From the NCBI RefSeq assembly GCF_006345805.1, contig NC_043000.1:18972001-19036000 (forward strand): a stretch of DNA of 64,000 nt, given 5' to 3'. Position 1 is the first letter of the stretch; every line of letters begins with the position of its first letter. This document shows positions 14,627-31,311 of this stretch, piece after piece. The position numbers and the translations under genes were made by a program. The stretch comes from Octopus sinensis. Taxonomy: Eukaryota. Below the pieces are notes generated by a model, which ran no database searches, was not told the origin of the DNA, and saw only the letters and a program-made list of their open reading frames with translations.

Positions 14627-16962
14627 TAATGTCTTATATGCAGAATATACTCAGGAACGTTTAGACATTTTCTTGTTCGGCTTGCAATTGGAACTATGCT
14701 GGCTATTTAAGATGTTAGATTTAGCATTATAATTTGAAGCTAAATGCACTAGCAACCACCTCACCTAACGGTAGTCTCCCCTTATCTGTTAGTTATTTAC
14801 TGTCGTATGTTTGCTCGTATATATGTTGAGATGGTGTATAATGACATAGAATACTCACCCACACTTTTTATTTTTATTTACTGTTTTATTTACTTCTTTA
14901 TATACATCTACCCCTGTAACGGTATTAGCTTGCCCTTGGTTTTAAATTTAACTGACCATTTATAGAGATGGCTGGACTTTGGTCAATTCCATTACGGAGA
15001 ACAGGTGGTTGATCTTTAGAATATATCAGTAAGTACACTAATGTAACAAATTTAGGGGTATGTTTTTGGATAAATATTAATTAGCTCTATTTACGAAATC
15101 ATAAGTACTATTCTTTTTCTGGACTCATTGGTGAATCATATACTTAAGTACTAATTTTATTTTATTATTTATACACCCTGGTATTCCTAAAGAAAGATAA
15201 CCCACCAATTATTTTTCTAGTTTATTTGCTAGTTTATCCGTTTCCTCATCGACTTCAAGCTTTCCACTGCAAAATGATATGATTCTAATTTATTAAGCCT
15301 TCTTTCCTCATCTCGAGGTCCTGTTCATTACTCTTCCCTCTTCTTTTATTTTAAATTATCCATTTCTATTCACTCTGATTAAGCTCCATGTACTAGATTG
15401 GATGTTCTATAAAGATGACGAATATAATTCTCATAATTTTCTTTGGAGGCACCGACTGGCATTGGTAGCAGAAACGGCTGTAAGCAATGTTAAAGTTTTG
15501 TATTAAAAAATGATTAACCGATGGTGATAGTCAATTTGTTTGTTGATCAAAAGTTTTCTCCATTTTCTGCTTATTTTAAATTTGATTCCTGATAAACTTT
15601 TTTTTATTCTGGTATTACCTGTATCCTATGAGGATAGTATGCTTGCATATCCAAGTCCAGGGTTAACATAGATAATTTATACCAGTAGTAATAACGGATA
15701 TTCTTATCCCTTAGACGGTTATTCCAACCGCTAACTCTACTTACCTATATGCGTTTATGTATATATGTGTATTGAGAGGGGGAGAGAGAAGAAGATACGC
15801 AAACACATACACATACACATACACACACGTTGTTTTTCGCGAAGAGAGAAAAGTGCAGTCACTACATTGATTAAGATTTATGATTAAGGATTATGTTTAT
15901 TGAGGAATCGGTGTTGATTCATACTGTTGTTACTCAGTGTTTCATGCACGTAAGCTATTTCGGTTATCACCCAAGCAATATACGTTGAATGAAGCTAATT
16001 CCTAAACGTTCTAGTTGAATCGATTTCACATTAGGCAATATATCTCATTTGATAAAAAAAAATGTGATATTTTGAAAGTATAACTAGCAAGACCGGTATG
16101 GTTTGAAACGATCTAATCCACACCATTGCTGATCAAGACACGTTCATTTCGTCACTTAAATCTAATGGCTATGGATTTATGTGAGAAAGCCTTGAATTTT
16201 TAATCATCTGGAATAGCTTCCAAGATAGATGTAGATATAATATATTCATACATAAACATGCATGCGTACACGCACGAACACATATTTACACAGACAACCC
16301 TCCCCACACACGTATATATAGATATGAATTATGCTTGTATGTATGCACATATGTATATACATATATATATTTGTGAGTTTGTGTTTATGTATTTAGAAAG
16401 AGAAAGTGAGAGGGAGAGAGAATGAGTGAAAGATGACGATAATTATTATTTCTCATCTGATTGAATGATGTTACTAAGTGATAGATATGCTACTTATCAG
16501 TTAGATAAAACCCGCAGTTTATAATCCACTGAAATTTGTGGTGACTTTATCAACAGTATGTTACTAGAAGGAGATCAGTTATTTTGCTACTGATTTTCCG
16601 GATAAAATATCGGAAGGCGACGAAGTTATCCATGTTCCTTGACCTACATGAGTATTGATTTTTTTAAAAAAGCGGATTTTAAAAGTGTTCACAATGAATC
16701 CCGTGTAATTGCTTTCGATATCGAACAAGGATATAGATTTTAATTATAATACTTGTTTGACAAAGAATAACCTCTTTGGGTAGTTAGATTTCGGAGACCA
16801 TAAATTTAATTGCGGTGGGAGATGCACGAACGTGTATTTTCATTGTAGTGTGTAATCCAGTAATCGAGTCTTTCAAGACAGAAATAACCAAACGTAATGT
16901 TATGATTGTTGAAGGTTTTAAAATGTTTATTGTGACTGCATGGTGGTGGGGAGTGTTGTTTT

Positions 16963-17470
16963 AGTGTGCGCCCTCTGGTATTGCGAGTAGATGGCTTCCA
17001 GAGGAGAAGAGTAGAAATTACTTCTTTTTCAGCTCTACAATAATGTCCAGCAAACTGGACTCTCTTACCTTTCACAAGAGATGACACAGGTGGTAGTTTC
17101 CCATATATTTGCATTTTGGTTGGATGGCGCTTCCACGAGAGATTTTGAGCTCTCATAAGGAGGCGAGTGTAGGTTCCATCGAACCGCCTCTCAAGCTTCT
17201 TTGATAACGTCCAGGTTTCTGAGCCATATAGTAGAATTGGTTCGACTGTGGCTTTGAAGATTTCAAGTTTGAAGTCTCTACTTAGATTTGATGACCAGAT
17301 CTTATGCATGTCATTACATTACATTACGCACACTCTCCTACCCTGATGTAATCTCCAGGGATACAGGCATCCAGCAACAGGAACTCCGTAATGCCATGAT
17401 GGACCGTGAAGTCTGGCGTAGCATGGTAAATTCCATTGTCTCGACCACGGTCGAACAATGATGATGATGA
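16963..17470. mobile_element. RTE LINE 3' fragment with inverted 5' part
   Basis: Minus-strand ORF (LLYGSETWTL...) followed by plus-strand 3' end with (TGA)n tail; 12-bp TSD. Confidence 0.88.
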
Positions 17471-17884
17471 TGTTGTTTTAGTAAAACCAGAAAGTGGTTG
17501 GCTATGTTTGTAGTAACATCCAAAATATATGGTGAATAATATTAATTTAGTTTTGATCCCAAGCTCTCTAGATGTATATTGGTTTCTCACTGAAGCCATG
17601 TGTAACTACCTCATTTTTATAGTAAGAAATAGCTCTGTTAAATATACTCCTGTTCGAAAAGTCGAGAAGTCACAGATTTCCGCCTTCTAACGGCTGCAAC
17701 ATTCCCAAATAGTGGAAATGTTGGTCGGCTGTTTGTAGGGACTATGTTTTCATTAAACTCTTTGTTTAGCTCTATGTTGTGTCTAGGAAGATAGTATCGT
17801 AAAGTTATTTAACATCAGTTCAATATAGGGCTGAGTATTCAGATGAATAGGACCTCGTGAAACTAAGGTCTTTCTTAGATAAAC

Positions 17885-18079
17885 GAGGTAATATCTACTC
17901 TTCTCCTCTGGAAGCCATCTGCTCGCGATACCAGAGGGCGCACACTCTCCTACTCTGATGTAATCTCCAGGGATACAGGCATCCAGCAACAGGACCGCCG
18001 TAATGCTATGATGGACCGTGAAGTCTGGCGTAGCATGGTAAATTCCATTGTCTCGACCACGGTCGAACAATGATGATGA
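17885..18079 (+). mobile_element. RTE 3' fragment
   Basis: Same family, (TGA)n tail, TSD tagataaac. Confidence 0.88.
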
Positions 18080-18837
18080 TAGATAAACACTTGATTGTGG
18101 GTCTACACTATCCTGCTTGATGAAAAGCTTACTTGGCTCAATTTAAATAGTACTCTTTACTCTTTACTCTTTTACTCTTTTACTTGTTTCAGTCATTTGA
18201 CTGCGGCCATGCTGGAGCACCGCCTTTAGTCGAGCAAATCGACCCTGGGACTTATTCTTTGTAAGCCCAGTACTTATTCTATCGGTCTCTTTTTGCCGAA
18301 CCGCTAAGTGACGGGGACGTAAACACACCAGCATCGGTTGTCAAGCAATGCTAGGGGGACAAACACAGACACACAAATATATTCATACACATACATACAT
18401 ATATATACATATATACGACAGGCTTCTTTCAGTTTTCGTCTACCAAATCCACTCACAAGGCATTGGTCGGTCCGGGGCTCTAGCCGAAGACACTTGCCCA
18501 AGATGCCACGCAGTGGGACTGAACCCAGAACCTTGTGGTTGGTAGGCAAGCTACTTACCACACAGCCACTCCTGCGCCTATCTACAATTCTAGATATATT
18601 CTGTAGCTTCACATAAGTATGTCCTTGTTGTTGTTTATTCTCAATTCAATTATAGTCGAGTGTTTCATGAGCATTCACTGGTTCGAATGGCCAACTGCTT
18701 TCACGTGAAATTAATGTGTAAATGGTTGACAATTCCACAAACTTGTGTACGCTTAACACAATTCCCTGACCAATTAATATGACATAATGTGACCACGTGA
18801 CCAGGTTAGAACTTTGAATTGCAAGTACAATCCAGAG

Positions 18838-18874
<37 letters not shown>

Positions 18875-19881
18875 CCAAATAATCTCTTGCACTGGATCCA
18901 AATGGATGAAAAGGACAGTTGAACTCGGCGGGATTTAAATTCGAGTGTAGAGGGCCGGAATGGATACCTATTTCTTTACTACCCACAAGGGGCTAAACAT
19001 AGAGGGGACAAACAAGGACAGACATAGGTATTAAATCGATTACATGGACCCCAGTGCGTAACTGGTACTTAATTTATCGACAACGAAAGGATGAAAGGCA
19101 AAGTCGACCTCGGCGGAATTTGAACTCACAACGTAACGCAGACAAAATACCGCTAAGCATTTCGCCCGGCGTGCTAACGTTTCTGCCAGCTCGCCGGAAT
19201 GGATACCGTAATACTTTGTATCCGACACTCTTGAAACTTGAGATAAACTCAAGCTTACTTCATCTGGTAGCCCCAACTTTTGTCAAAAGCAGGCTGCGGA
19301 CTCAATAATTCTCGATGAACGGATTCAGCTCACGTTAAGTTTATAGCTTTCCCAATACTTTAGGTTTCCACAGTGCTCTCACTATCCAACACTTATAACA
19401 CTTATTTGATCATTGAATTATAAGAATGACGTGAAACGAAGGAATAGGTATTAGATATACTTTTGACAAGCATATTCTTATATTTCGAAATATATTTTTC
19501 AGGTACGTTTTGTAGAATTATTTTTGCTTATTGACTGGAAGATCATAAATATCTTCAAAGACCAACACAAATTATGTTTTCGAAATCTGTCATAGCCTTT
19601 ATGTCTTGATATTGCATTTTTATGATATACACGGACAGTTTTATATCCTGTGGTATAGAATTGCTGTTGTGTATTTTATAACTACACCAGATTAACTGGA
19701 AAGTTCGTTCCCACGAATGTTCGAATATCTTTGAAATAGTTCAGTTCGCGGTTTAAGAGTAACTTTATTGGAAATAAACATGTTTACATAGAAAGTATTG
19801 TCAACTGTATTTTATTACAGAATAACAGGCATATAACTAGTATCATATTTCGGCAGACTTTCTAGAGAGATAGAGATAGAG

Positions 19882-19919
<38 letters not shown>

Positions 19920-20467
19920 GGGGGGGGCAAAGCTTGATGTAATCTGACTATTGAATAGGAATTGATTCTGCGTTTATTGTAATAACATTTGCAATTATTA
20001 GAATGTAGATGTTGACCAAGGTTTATACGGGTTATGCTGACCAGTTAATTACGCATCTTGAGAGTTGCTATCCTAAAATTTGACCCTGAGTGATAAAAGT
20101 CGAAATAATTGGAAAGGGAATATTTCAGTTTAGTCTTCCATTTAATACAGCACTTTATGATATATAAAATAGTTGCTTCATATGAGAATTTCAGTGGTTC
20201 GAAAATAAGAAAATGTGATATTTATGATTTTAGATTCATGTAAGTGAATTATAGTTATTCAGACAGAAAATTTGAATCAGTTTGCAGTACAAGAGTTAGT
20301 ACCAATATGCATCTAATATAAAGATGATCAAGTCTATAGCTTAATATATTCACTGTATTTAGTACTTTAAACGTCGACTTTAGCTTAACAAGTTACGCAA
20401 GCCGCAAAGAGTTTATATATTTCTAAGCTTCATCTTCAAATTAAATTGAAATCCTCCAAGCTTGAGA

Positions 20468-20586
20468 TCATAACTGTAAAATAAAATTGATAATTATTGA
20501 TGCTACAATGAGTATTTTAATTGCTGATAAGTTAGACGCTGTTGCGAGAACATCAAATTGCGATTGATCAAAGGGTATCTGTCCAC
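20468..20586 (-). CDS. CNTN: Contactin terminal coding exon l (GGQIPFDQSQFDVLATASNLSAIKILIVASIIINFILQL*), GPI-anchor signal
   Basis: Strong polypyrimidine tract plus ttttcag; phase 1 matches exon k; small residues then hydrophobic tail ending at TGA with no cytoplasmic domain, which separates contactin from L1CAM/neuroglian. Confidence 0.88.
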
Positions 20587-20653
20587 CTGAAAATAAAAGG
20601 AAGAAACAAACATATAGTACAGCTTATGAACTATTATTAGTTTTAAACAACAA

Positions 20654-21060
20654 AGGCGGCGAGCTGGCAGAAACGTTAGCACGCCGGGCGAAATGCGTAG
20701 CCGTAATACTTCTGCCGTTACGTTCTGAGTTCAAATTCCGCCGAGGTCGACTTAGCCTTTCATCCTTTCGGGGTCGATAAATTAAGTACCAGTTACGCAC
20801 TGGGGTCGATGTAATCGACTTAATCCGTTTGTCTGTCCTTGTTTGTCTCCTCACTGTGTTTAGCCCCTTGTGGGTAATAAAGAAATAGGTATTTCGTCTG
20901 CCGCTACGTTCTGAGTTCAAATTCCGCCGAGGTCGACGTTTATTTCATCAATCCGGGGTCGATAAAATAAGTACCAGTTACGCACTGGGGTTGATGAAAT
21001 CGACTATCCAGCTCCCCTAAATTTCAGGCCTTGTGCTTATAGTAGAATGGATTATTAGTT
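20654..21060 (+). mobile_element. SINE C dimer (other C copies: 1720-1935, 2045-2440, 5210-5380, 7170-7365, 9053-9185, 18890-19200, 22040-22247, 44135-44330, 58537-58760)
   Basis: Shared core ttcaaattccgccgaggtcgactttgcctttcatcctttcggggtcgataa. Confidence 0.88.
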
Positions 21061-22644
21061 TTAAACAAACCCTTACATTGAATTACTCTTTTCTAGCACT
21101 ATTGAGTGGAAGTGATGGACGTATCTGTGTACCGCTGTACAGCAACGCCCAGAAGACCTGTGTTCAAACGTATTCAAGCCATGAACAAATTGTCTTTAAC
21201 TTAGTCAACCTACGTATACTTAGACTGCATTATCTATTGTGCACCTGTTCAAAACGATAGGGTGTAATTTTTGAAAGAGTCTCGGTTGGTACTTCTAGCA
21301 ATTTGAGTGGCCATATAAAGACCCCCACATTGGATCATGTCAGATATAGTAGACATTCACGGTGCCTTTACACAGTGATTATATATTCTTTCAGAGCAGT
21401 AAAGTCAACATCAATGATATATTGGAGTAATAAGTTTACTTCTCCTCTAAAACTTTATGGCCTTGCGCCAATGAGAAAAGGAATGCTATCAGCTCTGTAA
21501 AGGGAAATGGAAAGATAAAAAACCATAGGGAACTAGGCAAAACCATCTTACAGTATATAATTTAATCATTCGATTCTGTTTTCAACTTATCCTAGGGTCA
21601 GTGATATTTGTAACATATCATTAAGACGTTACACGTAACTTCTGTGTATTTCTGGTCATATAACCTACATAAGCGATGAGTATTGGTATGTTATATTTCT
21701 TAAGAATATGTTTAGCATTCGTCTGCTCTACATTCCGGCTATAACACTTTGTAGAACTTTTTTTAACATTATTTAGGTATGGTAGATCTTTCAGTAGTCT
21801 AAGTAGAAAATATTACATAAAGTTAAGGCTATTAAGCATGGTGAAGATCATAAAGAATAACTTAATCTCAAAAACTGTCATGCATTTTCCGATCAGAACA
21901 TTTTATTAAGGTTGGTCAATCACTTTAATCATAGACAGTCAAATAGTGTAATTTCTAAGACTTTGGCAACCACTTAATATTATCAACCATAACATACTAG
22001 CAACTGTATAATATTAGCAATCATATAATATTGGTCTTAAATTTTAGTACAAGACCAGCATTTCCAGGAGAGGTGGTAAGTCGATTAAATCGGCCCCAGC
22101 GACCAACTGGTATTTATGTCATCGACTCCGAAAGGATGAGAGGCAAAATCAACATCGGCAGAATTTGAACTCAAAACGTAAAGACGGACGAAATAATGTA
22201 AAGCATTCTGCCCGGTGCGCTAACGTTTCTGCCAGCTCACCGCCTTTTGCAACCCTATAATATAAGCCATTCAATAAATAAATAAATAAATAAATAAATA
22301 AAAAATAAAGAAAGAAAAGGGATGGGAGTGATGTCCTATTCGATCGCTTTCGTATTCTTCCTATGCATAGCAGTGATATGCCATGACATTTCGCTTGCTG
22401 AACTCATGATGTTTTTATTGCAAAGGTAGTTTTCTACGAGGCATTTTCTTAGATAATGTATAGGTATAAGAAATTCTCCCAAAGGAGTTATGTTTGCAAT
22501 AGTTATATGACATTTGATGTGTCATGATGATACAAAATTCCTTCTTACCAAAAAAAAAAAAAAAAAAGCCCATAAAGCCAAAAATACCTCCGAAAGCCAA
22601 TAATACAATACACGGATAATGTTGAATTACTCTTTACTTTCTAA

Positions 22645-23036
22645 GGGAAGGAAGCACTCCGTCGGTTACGACGACGACGAGGGTTCCGGTTGATCCGATC
22701 AACGGAACAGCCTGCTCGTGAAATTAACGTGTAAGTGGCTGAGCACTTCACAGACACGTGTACCCTTACCGTAGTTCTCGGGGATATTCAGCGTGACACA
22801 GAGAGTGACAAGGCCGGCCCTTTGAAATACAGGTACAACAGAAACAGGAAGTAAGAGTGAGAGAAAGTTGTGGTGAAAGAGTACAGCAGGGATCACCACC
22901 ATCCCCTGCCGGAGCCTCGTGGAGCTTTTAGGTGTTTTCGCTCAATAAACACTCACAACGCCCGGTCTGGGAATCGAAACCGCGATCCTACGACCGCGAG
23001 TCCGCTGCCCTAACCACTGGGCCATTGCGCCTCCAC
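22645..23036 (-). mobile_element. SINE B flanked by ~185-bp direct repeat
   Basis: Homology to other B copies; flanks 22458-22644 and 23037-23219. Confidence 0.9.
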
Positions 23037-23266
23037 GTATAGGCATAAGAAATCCTCTCAAAGGAGTTATGTTTGCAATAGTTATATGACATTTGATGTG
23101 TCATGATGATACAAAATTCCTTCTTACCAAAAAAAAAAAAAAGCCAAAAAAGCCAAAAATACCTCCGAAAGCCAATAGTACAATACACGGATATTGTTGA
23201 ATCACTCTTTACTTTCTAAATACCTGAGTATAATGACAAGAAATCCTGAATGGCAATGCTACCTAC

Positions 23267-23441
23267 CTAATGTGAAATATGTCGCCTCACTTCGTTTGCC
23301 ATCACCGCCTGCACTGCTCGCCATCACTCGTACATTGTATAAGAAATGTTTTTCCAAACCAGTAACAACATACTGACTTACTAAACCGACTTCTATACAT
23401 TTTTCTAGATCATATTTCTCCTGAACCTTCCAACAGCACAG
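23267..23441 (-). CDS. CNTN: Contactin exon k (FN3-4 C-half: LCCWKVQEKYDLEK...YNVRVMASSAGGDGKRSEATYFTL)
   Basis: ttttcag/gtaggt, phase 0->1; GL...Y-VRV-A-S-GGDG-S motif. Confidence 0.9.
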
Positions 23442-24565
23442 CTGAAAATAAAATTTGTTTATGAATATAAGTTATCTCATCAATTAATCACTACGACGCT
23501 CTCACTTCCTAATGACTACTTATTTAGGCACATGTCGGTAATTGTGAAAGGAGAGGATTTGTCGAAACCATCGACTTGAGTATTTCATTGTTACTTTATT
23601 TAATCGATTCCAGCAGAATGAAAAGTAAAGTTGACCTCGATGAAATTTCAACTCAGATTGTAAAGAGCCGGAAGCTATGTTGTGAGGCATAGTTTCCGAC
23701 GCTTTAATGGTTTTCCCAGTTCATCTCACCTTACCCATTTCATAATGATTAATCAAAATAAATGAATATAGGCGTAGGAGTGGCTGTGTGGTAAGTAGCT
23801 TGCTTACGAACCACATGGTTCCGGGTTCAGTCCCACTGTGTGGCACCTTGGGCAAGTGTCTTCTACTATAGCCCCGGGCAGACCAAAGCCTTGTGAGTCG
23901 ACTTGGTAGACGGAAACTGAAAGAAGCCCGTCGTATATATGTATATATATATATATATGTGAATGTGTGTGTATATGTTTGTGTGTCTGTGTTTGTCCCC
24001 TCAACATCGCTTGACAACCGATGCTGGTGTGTTTACGTCGCCGTAACTTAGCGGTTCGGCGAAAGACACCGATAGAATAAGTACTAGGCTTACAAAGAAT
24101 AAGTCTTGGCGTCGATTTGCTCGACTAAAGGCGCTGCTCCAGCATGGCCACAGTCAAATGACTGAAACAAGTAAAAGAGCCAAAGAGTAAAAGAGAATTA
24201 AACAGATATAGATCGAACGAGCTAAATTAAGGGATACACTCTTTGTGAGACAAGATTGTAACCCGCATTAAAATCTCAGTTGAAATTACATCTCTTCATA
24301 CGACAAACATTTTTGAGAAAAGGTAGTATCACAACGTTTTATTAAAATTTCCTAAAAATATATGAAATGTCACAAGAAAAGAAATGAGAAAATCTATTAC
24401 ATAGGGCGGGGTATTAAGTGAAGTCGCAGATTACAATCATAAAATATCTAATTTCATGGATCCCTATTCATAGATCTCTATTCTTATTTTGGTAAAATAA
24501 GTACCAATTCTATACTCAAGTAAATACTCTTTAATATACTTCTCATTTGCAGTATGTGGTCATTT

Positions 24566-24950
24566 GTGGAGGCGCAATGGCCCAGTGGTTAGGGCAGCGG
24601 ACTCGCGGTCGTTGGATCGCGGTTTCGATTCCCAGACCGGGCGTTGTGAGTGTTTATTGAGCGAAAACACCTAAAGCTCCACGAGGCTCCGGCAGGAGAT
24701 GGTGGTGATCCCTGCTGTACTCTTTCACCACAACTTTCTCTCACTCTTACTTACTGTTTCTGTTGTACCTGTATTTCAAAGGGCCGGCCTTGTCACTCTC
24801 TGTGTCACGCTGAATATCCCCGAGAACTACGTTAAGGGTGCACGTGTCTGTGGAGTGCTCAGCCACTTACACGTTAATTTCACGAGCAGGCTGTTCCGTT
24901 GATTCGGATCAACCGGAACCCTCGTCGTCGAAACCGACGGAGTGCTTCCA
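24566..24950 (+). mobile_element. SINE B
   Basis: TSD atgtggtcatttgt. Confidence 0.9.
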
Positions 24951-25470
24951 CATGTGGTCATTTGTTCTTTCACTGTTCGGGAGCCATTAAGTGCTTAGAG
25001 ATAAGACCTCGTGAAACTAATTCCATGATCACGTACTGATTTTAGCTTTTATCCGTTACAGCTAAACATGCCATGCTCTAGAAGACTTGATTAAACATCA
25101 CAGCTTTATATTTAAATACAAATAGCTTTAATTTGATCATTTCAATACAGGCTTTACAAATATTTTAATCATCAAAGATAGTAGGATTTGACATGTTTGA
25201 CAGGATATTTTATTTGAGGTTTGATACATGATATCGTATATTGAAACATTAAGCTCTACGTAAATGTGTTCACTGAACTCCAACTGAAATTCTGTTTGCT
25301 TTGCTAGATGGAAAGATATAGCTTCCTGTTTAACAAAGCTTCAAAGTGCATCAAATCATGTGATCATGTGAATACACACTCATACACATACACGCGCACA
25401 CACACGTATACATACATACATACCAGAAATTAAAATGACAAACGAAAAAAAGTTATGTCATGAAATTCAT

Positions 25471-25553
25471 TAGGTTACAGTTGTTTCTGCTATAAGATGC
25501 AATGCACTCATATCTGAAATTTTGTGTGTGACTCTATAGCTTCATCAGAGCTA
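25471..25553 (-). ncRNA. Hammerhead-like motif with long loop II
   Basis: uagcu CUGAUGA-A GCUAUA...UAUAGC-A GAAACAACUGUA. Confidence 0.4.
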
Positions 25554-25755
25554 CACAAGCATCCAACTATGAGTGTATTGCATTTCATAGTAGAAAAAGA
25601 TGTATGATAATGAAGGCCATGACGTCATTTCTTTCCCTTATTAAAATTTCCTGTTACTGCTTTGTCTTTATGTGAAGATTTATTCTAAAGTATATGTATA
25701 ATGAGTTCTAACGCAGGTTATAAGCATCGCTATGCCTGAGCGAAATTATATAATA

Positions 25756-26152
25756 CTAGCAGTATTGCCCGGCGTTGCTCGGGTTTGTAAGGGAAATAAC
25801 TATATAAGCATTTTTAGAGAGTTATAGCCAAAAAATAGCAAAAAAATGCATTAAAAATGGAAAAAAAATGATGGTAAATTTTTTTAAAAATCGTTGTCTC
25901 ATCGTAGACATTTTTAGAGAGTTACTTCCCTTATATAATATCGAAAAAATGCATTAAAATGGAAAAAAATTATAGTAATTTTTTTTAAAATCGTAGACTC
26001 ATCGTAGACGCGCGCTAATACCCAGAAGGGCTCGATATGAATCACGACTATAAGATACCCGGTTTTGGTTAAACTGCACCGCAAAATGTGGGAGTAGTTA
26101 GGAATCTAAATCGTAGGAGACAGACACACAACTTGACTTTTATATATAAAGA
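25756..26152 (-). mobile_element. Non-autonomous Helitron-like element
   Basis: A|TCTTTATATATAAA...ccgagcaacgccgggcaatactgCTAG|T on minus strand. Confidence 0.75.
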
Positions 26153-26729
26153 TATGCACACACATAGACACACACACATACACACACACACATACACATA
26201 CACACTATGTTCATGTATATCTTTCAATTCTAGGCCACATTTTGCACTTAAGAAACTGAAATTTTGTATAGTAGCAACGCAAATGTCAACACGAATGTAG
26301 ATTATATGACATTTTTCTGAAATTTGTTTGTTTTAGCTATTAAGAAAAAAGAAACCCCAAAAGATAGTATTGTCACACACACTTCACTATACGGAAGACA
26401 ATATTACTGATTAGAAAAATAACTCATTTTAAGTTATGTCAATTAGTATAATAATTTGAAAAAATATATTGCCCGAGATAATTAAACTAAAGACAAAATT
26501 TAATTTTCTTCTGATTTTATTTTATTTGTTAATATACTGTTTTTTTATAGCCTTTTCCATGACACTCAACTTGAATCACTTGAAGAATAGATAGGGCAGG
26601 AAAATTTTGAGTGAGCCAACATGCATAGGTTGAGTGAATACTGCAAGCGTTTGTTTAAACAATTTATCCAAAATATATATGATTGTCTTTACTTTAGTTA
26701 TCACGGAAACGAACCAGTACTTCTGCTCG

Positions 26730-26816
<87 letters not shown>

Positions 26817-26962
26817 ATCTATCTATCTATCTATCTATCTACCTATCCGCTTCTCTGTCTGTTTATCTGTGTATCTGTCTTGTGTTTGTAAGCCTGCCTG
26901 TTTACTTATGTATATATATATATATATATATACATATATATACATATATATATATATATATG

Positions 26963-30832
<3,870 letters not shown>

Positions 30833-31023
30833 ATTATATAATTAGGGCTTAGTAAAATAAATTACTTTGCCACATACTGAACTTAGTAGAAATAGCAGCC
30901 AAAAAAAATTTTGTTAGCATTTCTACTACTTAAAGAAAATTTCTCTCAGATAATGTTTACTCCAGACAGCTCGCGAAGGTTTGGAGGGGTAAATACAGAA
31001 AAATATCACAAGTACATAGATCG

Positions 31024-31086
31024 TTTGAGTACGTCAACGTTTCAAGATTAGCCAAATAAAATCAGCATTTCTTTCGTCAGCTCAAA
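31024..31086 (-). ncRNA. Type I hammerhead ribozyme, exact reverse-complement copy, sense to contactin pre-mRNA
   Basis: Exact reverse complement of 31249-31311. Confidence 0.8.
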
Positions 31087-31248
31087 ATTTCTTAATTTGG
31101 ATTTGGAAACACTAAAAAGAAGGAACTTTACCTATCAGCGAACTTGTCGCTTCAGATGAACCACTCCAACTAACAGTGTCAACAAATTCAAAATGCGCAG
31201 GCGTAAAATTCTGCACTCCCCATTCCACCCAAATCCAAATCAAGAAAT

Positions 31249-31311
31249 TTTGAGCTGACGAAAGAAATGCTGATTTTATTTGGCTAATCTTGAAACGTTG
31301 ACGTACTCAAA
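31249..31311 (+). ncRNA. Type I hammerhead ribozyme, canonical core (PLE terminal-repeat type)
   Basis: Helix I UUUGAG/CUCAAA; core CUGACGA; helix II AAGA/UCUU; GAAA; helix III ACGU-ug-ACGU; GUA cleavage triplet (cut after 31305). Confidence 0.8.

Noticed and set aside
22331-22428. Signal-peptide-like plus-strand ORF MSYSIAFVFFLCIAVICHDISLA...
   Set aside because: 32 codons, no downstream exons found, antisense within an intron; likely chance
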